From Neoechinorhynchus agilis (lineage: Eukaryota > Animalia > Acanthocephala): DNA of 64,000 bases. The notes under the pieces are model-generated. The model was not told the origin of the DNA and did not search any database. It saw only the letters and a program-made list of their open reading frames with translations. This document shows positions 1-10,704 of this stretch, one piece after another. Every line of letters begins with the position of its first letter. Within the stretch, counting starts at the first letter, position 1. Both the position numbers and the translations under genes were made by a program. The DNA lies in the NCBI GenBank assembly GCA_051530055.1, contig CM121342.1, forward strand, positions 778,797-842,796, written 5' to 3'.

Positions 1-138
1 GAGCATAGCTTCGAAATTAAAAGAAAATTGAATCTTCGACTAATTTATTTAAATTTGAAGTTTTCAATTCACACCATGCACAAACAATAGAATTTAAAAA
101 TTCGCGGAACTTCACAGTTAACCGTGCTTTCATTTTAG

Positions 139-795
139 ATGAACGCAGCATTAAAAAAACCAAGGAAAAGATCCCGTAGAATATCCCCAAAGCCAAGTTT
201 TGGTCACTATGCAATGTCCAAGCTTCAAGAAGTGCACAATCATGATTCGAACCTCCAATTTTCAGAAATTCACCAGAAACTTTATTCTACATGGAAAGAT
301 TTGCCTGGCGAAGAAAAGGACAAATTTATTGCAAGTGAAGCATTAAATCCGAAGTATCAAACAAAAATGACGATAATTACAGAATATGTCGAGAAGATAA
401 ATTTTCCAAGAGCAAAGGTCGCTCCTCTGATGCCCAATTTTATTAATGTTTTCAGTGAAAGTTTTGTAAAAACGGACCATGAGCGAGAGGAGCAGTTTCG
501 CAAGTTGAAATCCTCGGTTCGACAAGTGAACAAGAAAATCGTTATTGTGCAATCAGATATTGAGGTTGCGCTAAACGTTTTGCATAGAATTGAACGCCTT
601 TGTCCGCAGAGGGAAAGCGAGTTGTTGAGTGCTTGCAGTGCTCAAATTACAACTCATTTGAAGAAGTACGTGAAACGGTTTCCAGTCTCAAATCCGAATG
701 CTTTGCGTAATCGGATCAGGAAAATGAAATTGAGCGATGAACAAAAAACCGAGCTACGAAATGTTGTTAATACAGCCCTCAAGTGTGCAAATTGA
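139..795 (+). CDS. HMG-box-containing protein (218 aa)
   Basis: N-terminal segment KPRK...PKPSFGHYAMSKLQEVHNHDSNLQFSEIHQKLYSTWKDLPGEEKDKF fits the HMG-box pattern (EI..KL...WK.L..EEK..F). The ATG is directly preceded by an acceptor-like tttcattttag. Confidence 0.55.
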   Translation: MNAALKKPRKRSRRISPKPSFGHYAMSKLQEVHNHDSNLQFSEIHQKLYSTWKDLPGEEKDKFIASEALNPKYQTKMTIITEYVEKINFPRAKVAPLMPNFINVFSESFVKTDHEREEQFRKLKSSVRQVNKKIVIVQSDIEVALNVLHRIERLCPQRESELLSACSAQITTHLKKYVKRFPVSNPNALRNRIRKMKLSDEQKTELRNVVNTALKCAN

Positions 796-1844
796 TTGAT
801 TTTGACGAAGTGATAAAATATCTTACTTTACATTTTTCAAAATTTCTTATGTTCGTATGTTTAAAAATGAGCGGAATACATACACTCGCCAATACTTTAC
901 TCTTGCCCAGGTCAATCAAAAAAACTATTTAATCGCACCATTCAACGTGTTTTATAACCAACTTCCTACAACCGTTTAGGTTGCTTTTACCTCTAGACGA
1001 AATCGACTACCTGGTTGTTGCAATGAGCGTAAAATGCCAATACTTTGCCTTAGCCGTTTTAGCTTTTCCGTCGCATTTGTGGGTCCTACGATATTTCGAA
1101 AATTTGCAGAAAGTTTTTCTGTAGGACGTCTAACGAAATATAGAACTAAAATCACATTAACGCGAAGTAGAGAGCTTTTCTCATTGCAGTTCAAAGCAAA
1201 AAATATCGGTGAATAACGAATGCCCAATGAAGATCAAAACAACTTTTTTGCGCCCATGAAATTAATTAAAAAAAGCGTAGAGGTCAATTTTTGATTATTG
1301 TCGAAGATTACTTTGAGAGCCGACCTTATTTAAAACATGCTTTCTGCTGCATTGTTATTTAGGTAGAAACTCGCCCGTTATACACATTTAAAAGAAAATA
1401 TAACTTGAACCAAGTTAAAGAGTTATCACCTTTCTTAGATCAGCCTGACCTTCTTTTATAAATTTAAATTTTATAAAAGATTTGGTGTCTTTGACGTTCT
1501 CAGACATAAAAAAGGATAACTTGTCGACATAAAAAATTTAACGAAAATCGAAATGTTTCCCTGAAGAGATTCTTACTGTCGATCAAAAACTAATTTCTAC
1601 ATCAATAACTCACGCTTCTTAGATTCTAAACTCGAAAAACTCAAAGTTTTTAATGTTCGATTGCCTGAAATATGAGATGTTCGACCTTTTCTGCCGTATA
1701 AAGAACATTTAACCGTGAATAATGGAATTAAGACATTTTCAAAGAAAAACGATATATTTATACGTGTCGGAAATTTAATACAAATTAATCCTTGCGCTAT
1801 CAAATTGCAACTAAAAGTGAGTAATAAATTTTTTTTAGGCAGTA

Positions 1845-2050
1845 TTGTTTTCTATTTGGTTACTTTTCTTTACATTCACCACCTCCCACTAAATTCCAGC
1901 TTTTGTCCTTCCTCGACCGTCGCCATCACGCTGGCAGCATTGCCCCGTTGTACTGCCAGCGAGATATTTTGTCGAAGAAATAAGCCTGCTCTTGAGTCTC
2001 CGGTTGCCTCTCTCAATTTCTTCGAGAGATCCTTGAGCAGAGAGAGTGCC
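1845..2050 (-). mobile_element. CRE-clade non-LTR retrotransposon, 5'-truncated 3' fragment (subfamily A)
   Basis: Encodes LRQNISLAVQRGNAASVMAT (RLE C-terminus). Nearly identical by eye to 17672-17860 and similar to 58880-59100. Confidence 0.85.
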
Positions 2051-2577
2051 GAGCTGCCGAGCGATTTCATTTTGCTCTATTATTTAATTTCAGAATTTGT
2101 CAGCAACATAAACAAACAACAGCACAATAAAACTTTAGAGAAAAGGTCGTTTACATCGACAGAACGATCTTCGGAATAAAAAATTTAAACCCAATTGGGA
2201 AATGTTAATCGATGTTTTCGGTTCAATCTTGTAAACGCATTCAGAAGCATTTCGCCTTTACTACGTCACTTTACTTCTTTAAATGTAAGATAAAAATTTT
2301 ATAAGTGTGCTTTAAGATGAGCTCAGCCGTGTTCGAGTTTTATAATTTCTTACATTTGGCAGCATAATCCAAAAATTGAAAGGTGAATAAATCAATTCGA
2401 GAAAAATACCTAAAGTTTAAAAATTGTTATCAGGATTACCTTCAATGGGATGATCTCTGGCAGCATCAAAAATCCGATCTCCGGTGTTCTCTTATGGAAT
2501 GCGAATTTCGAAAAAATCTCAACTTGCTTTGTGCTTGAATGTTTGTTATAAAATTTGGTGGAAATGGTCGTTTTGAA

Positions 2578-2649
2578 AGGGAGCGCCCGGGATTGAACCG
2601 GGGACCTCTCGATCTGCAGTCGAATGCTCTACCACTGAGCTACACTCCC
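2578..2649 (-). tRNA. trnC-GCA: tRNA-Cys (GCA)
   Basis: Minus strand GGGAGTGTAGCTCAGTGGTAGAGCATTCGACTGCAGATCGAGAGGTCCCCGGTTCAATCCCGGGCGCTCCCT: 72 nt, full cloverleaf, anticodon loop CT-GCA-GA, intact A and B boxes. Confidence 0.97.
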
Positions 2650-2867
2650 GTTATGTACAGTATGCCAAAAAGTTCAACAGATTCACATATCAAAGACATT
2701 TTTCAGCAAAAGAAGCGCCATGAAAGTTCGAGTTTCGGGATAATTTGTATTGCTGTCTAAAAAATGAGATACAAAAAATCCGACATTTTCAAATGCATTC
2801 GTATAAAAATAATATCAAACGAATATATTTTTCGTGAAAACGATCAACGATTCGAAAACTCGCGGGA

Positions 2868-2945
2868 TGAAACCTCCTGGATGTATCTGAGGATCCAGAG
2901 AGAAGTACGAACTCTTAAAGTTCCATCAGAGTTTAAGTGGTCATA
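2868..2945 (+). repeat. Dispersed decayed LINE RT fragment (W.YLRIQ, YLG-like motif); copies at ~29222-29345 (-) and ~43950-44225 (-)
   Basis: Shared core ctcctgga(t/g)gtatctgag(g/a)atcc followed by ...aagtg in three places. Translation resembles the RT domain-7 YKYLG region. Clade uncertain. Confidence 0.45.
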
Positions 2946-2956
2946 TCACTTCTCTG

Positions 2957-3075
2957 ATGTTCCCTCGTTGCACAGATAGACTTATGTTTTGTAGGACGAA
3001 TGCTCCTGATCTCGGATCGGCAGTGATTCGTCTCAATCTCTTAGAATTTCGCGATACAAATCGCTTCCCGCTTAT
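2957..3075 (-). mobile_element. CRE-clade 3' fragment (subfamily B)
   Basis: Minus frame RLRRITADPRSGAFVLQNISLSVQRGN. Similar to 4230-4400 and 44915-45085. Confidence 0.75.
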
Positions 3076-3199
3076 TTGGCTTAATTTTTTAACGAGCTTG
3101 ACTCGAAAAACGAAAAAGTTAAAATGGAGCACAAGTGGAGCTCAATATAATTCAGCATTTTTATTCCTAGTCAAATGATTTTCCGAGCAAGTACTATCC

Positions 3200-4420
3200 T
3201 CAAAGGAGGTTTCCTGCGCAATATTGCCAATGATCCACGATATTGCTCCTGCAACGATTGGATCGTTGACTCTTTCCAATCGACGCCTTCTCCTGGGGGT
3301 GAATATTGAGGCTGAGGGAATTTATATTGGCACCAGTGAGAATAATCAACGATGTTTTCATTAATCAGTACCTTTATAACCTTGTTTATTGCGAGGACTT
3401 TTTCGAATGATAATTTTAAATACTCAGCTGTCGGAAGCGTCCTTGCCTGTGCCGTCCGGCGGTTTGGGTATCCGAAAAGCAGCCGATATTTCTCTGCCAC
3501 CTTATTTGGGATAATATGAAGCAAGCCGAAAAATAGTTCAATCCGTTCTTGGCGAAAATTACACTTTGGGGGGAGATATCGTGGAGGCTATTAATATTTG
3601 ACGTGGAGATTCAGGTAGCGAGCAGGTATCCGTCAATGGTTGCGAACAATCAGTTTAGGAATCACCCCTGATAGCGAGAATTCACAACTCTTTAATTTCA
3701 GATTCTCGTGACCTGGTGAACCGAACTCGATTGGCGGCAGCCTCTACAAGAGAATCGGGTGCTTGGCTCAACGCTATCCCAATCGCTTCTGTGAGTACCC
3801 CTCTCTCCGACGAGACAGTAAGGATTGCAGTGTCCTTGAGAGTTGGGGTACCGATGTGCACTTATCGCTGCCGTTGCGGAGCGACTGTGGATCCGTCGGG
3901 AAGCCATGGTCTCGTCTGTCGGCAATCAGGCGGAATTTGCTCACGGCACGTCGAAGTGAACACAAATCTTAGTCGTGTCCTGAATACTGGGAATGCGCCC
4001 AACATCCTAGAGCCAAGCAATCTTTGCCGACTCGATAGCCGTAGACCGGACGGTGTCACAGTATTCCCGTTGCGAGAAGGAAAATGCCTTCTCTGGGGTG
4101 CCATTCGCAACTAGTAACATAAAATTCGCTTCCATTAAACCAGGGGAGCAGCAATCGCCGCGGAGGAACGTAAAAAGACAAAATGCAGGAAGCTTGGTCG
4201 ATATCATTATTTCGTTGGCGTCGAGACACTCGGCTCGTTTGGTACCGGGGCACAGGACCTCGTCAAGCAATTGTCCAAGCGATGGAGACGAATCACTGCC
4301 GATCCGAGATCAGGAGCCGTAAGTGTGGCTGTGCAACGAAGGAATGCCGCATCCGTACTTTCGACGTCTACATCAGGACGGCAAGTGAGTGATCCGGTGC
4401 GGTGGTGTGAATGTTTGTAA
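3200..4420 (+). mobile_element. Decayed CRE-clade retrotransposon (linker plus RLE, frameshifted)
   Basis: Motifs ASLPVPSGGLGIR, ESGAWLNAIP, CRCGATVDPSGSHGLVC, RRPDGVTVFP. Confidence 0.85.
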
Positions 4421-4862
4421 ATATTTTTTCGTCCACATAAAAGTGGATGTTAAAATATATATTTGTTATTAATTGGGCTCTTAGTTGTATAAAAAGAATT
4501 TAAACTTTTCTACATCTTGCTTAAATCTCATTTTTTATAGAACATGAATCCGCTTCGAAGATTTTACTGTGCAAGACGGAAATATGTAGATCGGTTATGT
4601 GGCATAAAACTTATATTTCATGCAGGATCACATTCGAGTGGAAAGATTTTCTTGTTGTGCGGATCAAACCCGGAGAAATATTTTTAACTCGATCTAACGT
4701 CGTAAACACTTGCAAACAATGTCTGAAGAGGTGGATTTTGTCTACGAAATATTAAGTAATAGGAATAGTTCTCGGGGTTTGATCCGCATAACGAGAATGT
4801 AAAATTTATATTTCCTAGAAAACAATCTATTGAGCCATTAAAAAATTTCCTTGCGTTCAACT

Positions 4863-7427
4863 TCAAATATTATGCTTTTCCCTAGTTATCTCGCTAAATT
4901 CATTAGCGATCCAATTAAGTTCCTTGCAAATGTCCAGTAGATTAGCGAGTCGTTCACTTCCGTTTGTAGACGACTGTTCCGTAATATTGCAGTCTTTTAC
5001 CTGCCGTTGAGCACTTTTTATTTTAGAGTGCTTCCCGATTCCATCTTGGCATCTACAAGCTTGCAATAGAACTTCCTTTTTCTGATTTGGTCGTGAAATT
5101 TTCTCTTTCGCGAATTCTTGTGGTACTGTACGTTCCACTTTGGGTGTCATTACGGAAAGCGTTTGCATCATTGATTCCTTGACAAGGTCACGCCTTTTTC
5201 GAATATTCTCTTTCATGACCTTTGTTTCAGTGCTAAAATCCATCTTAGGTTTCAATACCCTTTCTTTAACATCTTGTTTGGGTTCCATCGTAACTTTTCT
5301 CAGACTCATACATTTGTAAAACAAATTTTGATACGTTCGCTCCATTTTGTTTATTATTTTCTCGTAGTCCTTGTCATCCTCTGGTCCAGGGCAGCCGCTT
5401 ATCCTACCGATTGTCCTATTGCCTTCAAACGTTGATTGCGTTCTTGAAAATTCATTGAAGCCATCATCACTTTTGTGAAGTTGTTCATTATGCTTAATCT
5501 TGTGAACATCCATGACATGTTCCGCTTCTTCATAGATCCACATTTGAGCGGTCACTTCGCGTATACAATCATTTAGATTACTGTTATGCTCAAGCACATC
5601 TTCGAGCTCCTTTCGACTTTTGCACAAATGTAATCGCAACTGACTATTAAGCCTTGTAAGCTCGCTGAGCATCCGTTGCGAAGGCTGTTTTTTTGTCCAT
5701 TCCATTTCTCCTCCCAGCTTATCGACTGTTTCCTGTTTTCGCTTTGTTAAACCGATTAGTTCTTCATTTGTTTCAAGAACTTGCTGGAGCTTAAATCTAC
5801 TCGCATTTACCTTTTCAATCAGATAAATATAATTATTCAACAAGTAGTTTATCCATAGAGTGTCATTTCTTAATCTATTCCAGTGTTCTCCATGTTTCTT
5901 TGATAGATATTCGGTATGATTTTTAAATTCGATAACATGAGCGCCTGAATTATTGGAAAAATCTATCATTTTCGTCAGCCAGCCTTTAATAATTCTGTTA
6001 ATACCATTTCCTTTTCTAGTTTGCTCGCATCCAAGTTTTCGGCAGTCTTCTGCTTGCCGATTTTCGCCCGATTGTGATTTATTGGAACCTTTACTTGGGA
6101 ATAATGTCCTCTCAGTTACTATCTTCTTGTATAGATCAGGAATATCGTGTAACCGCTGGTTGCCTAAAATTCTTATCTTCTCCTTAGTTAAATATCCGTG
6201 ATCAGTACTTTGCCGATCATTTGCACAATTATTCACTTTTATCTTAGAGCGCAACAGCTTTACCGCCTTCAGAAAAGTGGGTTCAATTCTTCTCTCGGAT
6301 AAGACTTCTTCCTCTAATTCGCTGATGCGCCTAAGGAGCGTCTCTATTTGTAAAGATTTATCCGCGCAAATCCTTCTTTTCTCTCTCAATATTTCTTCAA
6401 ATAATTGAACGGCCTTTATTATCTCGCCATTCTCGGCGAACAACTCTTCGTTGATTTCTGACGCCTGCGTGAAGTTCCTGCGAGAATCTGACTCACATTG
6501 GGGTTTTTCCAGCAGTATAGTATCCGTCTTTTGATTGTAAATATTATCATTGGCATTTTGATTTTCAGTATATTCCTGATCACCTTTTTTAGCCGATTGG
6601 TGATCTAAACGATCAAAATATTTTTTCTGTGATTTTTCATTGTAGTATTTTTTGGTTTTCTTGACAACTCGCTTCTTGTTAGTTTCAAAAGCTCTCGATC
6701 CCTCCAAATATTGCTCAGGCGAACCTGGTGCAGAGTTCGTCTCATCATTCCAATCCGAAACAATTTGAAAGGTTAAAGCATCCCGTGAAATTAATGGAAA
6801 TTTTTTTTCGAATCTACTTTCTATCCCGGTTACGCAAACAGAAGACGCGGTGCCATTAGAAATCTCATCCCTGCAGCCTTTTTGTAATTGTAAATTTTGT
6901 GCATCCTTATTCGCAAAGAGATCACTCAATGACTTGAAAGCACAATCCATCTGAACTAGTTCACATGTTTCGTCTTTTAACCAATAGTTCAATTTCTCCG
7001 TCTTGTTATCGGTACTACTTATCACAGTAGATAACAAATTAGTAAGTATTTTCTGCTCCACTCCAGTGAGCTTTGAACAAATTTCAAGAAAGAAGTCGCT
7101 CGTTGACGAAGCGGATAAACCATAAGCTAAGAAAGCTAAGAGTAAAATCATACCCTCACTCGTGTATGTGGATTTTATCTTTAAGTCATATCGATCCTCA
7201 AGAAACTTCTTAATATTTCTTCGTGATTTTCCAAGCAATAGGAACTCTTCGTAGTTTTTAAGGAGTCTACTGATTTGTACACACAAATCCTCCATTACGC
7301 CATATATCAAGTTTAAATCGTTTTGGAATTCAGAGTTGTTAAAGTGCTTACGCAAAGGCGATGTTCTCGAAAGGGCACAGAATATGAAATTCGCTAGCGC
7401 TGTGCGAATGCTCAGGTTAACTTTCAT
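4863..7427 (-). CDS. 854-aa intronless coiled-coil protein; N-terminus weakly Hook/CCDC88/NuMA-like
   Basis: Uninterrupted 2.56-kb ORF with heptad-rich segments. ILLLAFLAYG...DFFLEICSKL...EQ..L resembles the HOOK-domain helix region by eye only. Confidence 0.75.
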   Translation of the reverse strand: MKVNLSIRTALANFIFCALSRTSPLRKHFNNSEFQNDLNLIYGVMEDLCVQISRLLKNYEEFLLLGKSRRNIKKFLEDRYDLKIKSTYTSEGMILLLAFLAYGLSASSTSDFFLEICSKLTGVEQKILTNLLSTVISSTDNKTEKLNYWLKDETCELVQMDCAFKSLSDLFANKDAQNLQLQKGCRDEISNGTASSVCVTGIESRFEKKFPLISRDALTFQIVSDWNDETNSAPGSPEQYLEGSRAFETNKKRVVKKTKKYYNEKSQKKYFDRLDHQSAKKGDQEYTENQNANDNIYNQKTDTILLEKPQCESDSRRNFTQASEINEELFAENGEIIKAVQLFEEILREKRRICADKSLQIETLLRRISELEEEVLSERRIEPTFLKAVKLLRSKIKVNNCANDRQSTDHGYLTKEKIRILGNQRLHDIPDLYKKIVTERTLFPSKGSNKSQSGENRQAEDCRKLGCEQTRKGNGINRIIKGWLTKMIDFSNNSGAHVIEFKNHTEYLSKKHGEHWNRLRNDTLWINYLLNNYIYLIEKVNASRFKLQQVLETNEELIGLTKRKQETVDKLGGEMEWTKKQPSQRMLSELTRLNSQLRLHLCKSRKELEDVLEHNSNLNDCIREVTAQMWIYEEAEHVMDVHKIKHNEQLHKSDDGFNEFSRTQSTFEGNRTIGRISGCPGPEDDKDYEKIINKMERTYQNLFYKCMSLRKVTMEPKQDVKERVLKPKMDFSTETKVMKENIRKRRDLVKESMMQTLSVMTPKVERTVPQEFAKEKISRPNQKKEVLLQACRCQDGIGKHSKIKSAQRQVKDCNITEQSSTNGSERLANLLDICKELNWIANEFSEITREKHNI

Positions 7428-8270
7428 TGTTCTGTGAATCTCTGGAAGCAGAATAAATCTGAAACGAGTAATGCTTTCTAAGTGAGTTAAGATTCAACGC
7501 ATTTCTGAGTTGTGTATATTTCGTGATCCAATAATCGCGAGGAACCTATATGAAGGCTGGTGGCAATTGTTGAGTAATTTTGATTGCTCAGCTATAGCGA
7601 AAATGAAACATTCACAGCTCTGATTAAATTTTATTAAAAGTTTCACATGAATGCTCACGTTGTGGGCGCGGTATCCGTAGGTGCTCACGGAATGATAGTG
7701 TCGTCAATTTACGATTGTGACTATTTGTGTAGTTCTATTGTATTAAAAACTAGTTTCGTAATACGCACCGCCTAATAGGCATGACTTTTAGTACGAATAA
7801 AGGCGACTATCCCGTGGATTATCCCTATAACTTATCCGCTTCTCTGGTTGAAGCAAATTTCGCTTTTTATTATAAAAAACAAGATTTTTTTAATAGCGCA
7901 CTACAACCAGTGAAACAAACGGCGAACGTTCTATTTGTAATGAGGCTATGCAAAAGTTTTAAATATATACGCCTCCATTTTCAAACGTGATGAGTAATAC
8001 TAATACTTCTTTTAAGCCTATTAAAGAATTCATTCAATAGACAACCTTTCGACCGGAACAATATCTAAGCCGGTGGCGGTCTCAGCCAATTGGTTCGAAT
8101 CAAAACTCGCATTTAGGAAATGACTCGAAATCGGAAAATAATTTATGCAATCAACCTCCTTGACAATTTATGCTTGATATACGATTCAAAAGATTGTGTG
8201 ATTTTCTCATACAAAGTTCTCTGACTTAGGGATAGTATTTATTTAATAGCAATTCCTGAAAATCATTTGA

Positions 8271-9206
8271 CTAACGACTGTTTAAAAGTCGTAAAGAAAT
8301 GCATCCTGCAACGAGTGGGATTAGATTCACTAAAATAACAATAACGAGAAGCAGGGTCGAATAAGATCGCAGCTTATCAAATGCGGCATCGATGCATCCT
8401 CGAAGATGAATGTTGCTTGATTTTTGAAATCTGTCTATCTTTAAATAGTTCCTACCACACAGAGTATTATTCCTTCCATTAAAACAACAACTCCAGGGCA
8501 CTGAACAAGCATCAACTGACTTGTCGCTTCTAATCGCTTTGATGCGTTTTTCTGATAAGAAAATGTTTCGCTTCTGTATGATTTGAATAACTTCTTCGGC
8601 GGCTTGGGATGAATTGCACTTGAAGTAAACATTAAGATCCCAATCAACAGGAGAGTTTGCGCCACAGCATTTCCCGAAATCATGTTGAAGCCAATCAAGC
8701 ATTTCCGATATATCATCAGGACCAACTCGATACTGTCTAATCGCTTGAATAATAATCTTTCTTAACGCATTGCTCGATCGGATTTGATCGTGATAAAAGA
8801 TTACCACGAAGGTACCGGCAAACATTGCAAATGCTAAAGCCATTACAATGTAAGTGTATACACGAAGAAAAAATTGATTTTGTAATAGTGCTCCAATAAG
8901 GCCAATTAACGAAATCACCCATAAAATGACACCAGTGAGAAAAAGCCAAATGCTTGGATTTTGCAATGGATGTGGAATAGACATTCCGTCAGTGAAGTCC
9001 AATTTATTTTTAAGATTGGATGCCAACGCAAGCCAGTTGAATGCTGATTGATTGTTAAGGGAATATACAGCAAGTAAAAGAAGACCAATGGCTCCAAGAA
9101 ATAAAATCGCGTTCATGATGAACAAAATATACCGCTTAAAAAATTGACTTCCATTGCTTCTGATTCGACTAATGGTCGATGGTCGGGGGCTCGGCTCCGA
9201 TTTCAT
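8271..9206 (-). CDS. Tetraspanin, TspanC8-like (311 aa)
   Basis: Four hydrophobic segments. Large loop with CCG, DW..N.YF.C, C.VPWSCC, N..CG and GC motifs typical of the C8 subgroup. Confidence 0.9.
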   Translation of the reverse strand: MKSEPSPRPSTISRIRSNGSQFFKRYILFIMNAILFLGAIGLLLLAVYSLNNQSAFNWLALASNLKNKLDFTDGMSIPHPLQNPSIWLFLTGVILWVISLIGLIGALLQNQFFLRVYTYIVMALAFAMFAGTFVVIFYHDQIRSSNALRKIIIQAIRQYRVGPDDISEMLDWLQHDFGKCCGANSPVDWDLNVYFKCNSSQAAEEVIQIIQKRNIFLSEKRIKAIRSDKSVDACSVPWSCCFNGRNNTLCGRNYLKIDRFQKSSNIHLRGCIDAAFDKLRSYSTLLLVIVILVNLIPLVAGCISLRLLNSR

Positions 9207-10704
9207 ACTTTTTAATACAATTGGATTTTAGTCACCTTTAATTCGGATTATAATATACTACCTAGTTGTTATGGTAATGTTGCTGCAAATACTACACTAT
9301 CTGAGAAGCGGTTTCCCATTGTTCACAATTAGGGACAGTTTGTAATGTGTTTTGTTGCTTATTCTATGTAAATAAATTTACTATTTCAAACTTTTGTTTC
9401 TAAGAAATAGGAAAAATGATAGACCCACAAACTGCGAATGGGTTCTGAGGTTCATAGTGAATTTTTGGTTTTTCAATATCAGTGATTTAAAATCAAGGTC
9501 TAGGTAAAACAATTGCCTCCGTTTACCCTACAAAAACAGGGTTCTAGTGCTTTAGGATTTTCGGGACGAACAAATTTATCGTCCAAAAAAGCACACCTCA
9601 AGAAGGATCGATAGATAAATTCTTTTTGCAACATTCATTAAAGTATATTATATGAGTTTGAGATTTAATTAATTTTAAATAATACTAAATAGAATTCGAT
9701 GGTACTTTTGACGACAAATGACAGTTGTTAGTTCTCTTAGGTCACCAGGTCAAGACCTCACGATATTCATTTATCGTCTTATGCGATAAGATGCCGTGAC
9801 CTCTTGTTGAGTTATTAATAATCAACTTGATTTCTGTCTCGTTGAACTTAGAGAACGTGGCATTAGTGGTAGACGTGTTTCATAAAACGATTGATACGTT
9901 TTATGTCGCTCAAAAATAAGCAGGAATTAAAAAAAATAATCTTATTTTAAAACTTCTTTTTTGATGGAATGTAGAGTGACCGGAAATAAAAGGAATTTCT
10001 TGGTTATCCTTAGAATGTCGCTTCCTTTTTTGGTGAATTACTGGGCTTTAAGTTTCTTGATGTTTGATCGCTCATCGAAAAAATGCACATTTCATCATGG
10101 GTTTACCTTGAAAATACATTTAAGCTGCTGAATTTGCGTGACATTTTTAATAGCTTTATAATACGTTGAAGATGATACTATAAAACAATTAAAAGGAAGT
10201 AAGGTCACAATAGACTCAATATGTGAGACGAAAACGTTTATCTTCGTAAATTTCGCAATTCCGCGCGCTTCTTTGTTTACGAGCTGACGAATCAAAAAAT
10301 TTCGCGAAATCGAACAGCAATCCTATTGGCTACAAGGATATATTAAACCGCATTAATTGATTTTGACGCATATAATCCCCGTGAACCATTTTTGATGCTC
10401 TTTGATTCATCTCCGCATTAGCCCACTCCGTGACCTTTTGACGTTCTGTGTCTTAAAAAGTGCGTCCAAAATTAACTCACACTCTATATGCAGCTCTCTC
10501 TTTTCCTGAGCTCACCGTATATACATTTTCTCTCTCGCTCACACACTTCTCCACCTTCGTCTTTTATACTCGTACGCTCTTCATCAAAAGGACTGTGCCC
10601 CAATTTCTACACGCACCCATAAACGCCTTCCCGCTCTCAGACGAGTTCAGTGTTCTTCGAGGACATATAAAAAATAAGGGCAGACGTTTTGCGTGTGTTC
10701 GACA

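Noticed and set aside
1550-1600. GAAATGTTTC-CCTGAAGA-GAT...ATC-AAAA resembling a hammerhead
   Set aside because: Only a 3-bp stem, GAAA absent, and element order does not fit.
1845-4420. CRE elements targeting the tRNA-Cys gene
   Set aside because: Fragments lie hundreds of bases away, belong to different subfamilies, and other copies have no tRNA nearby.
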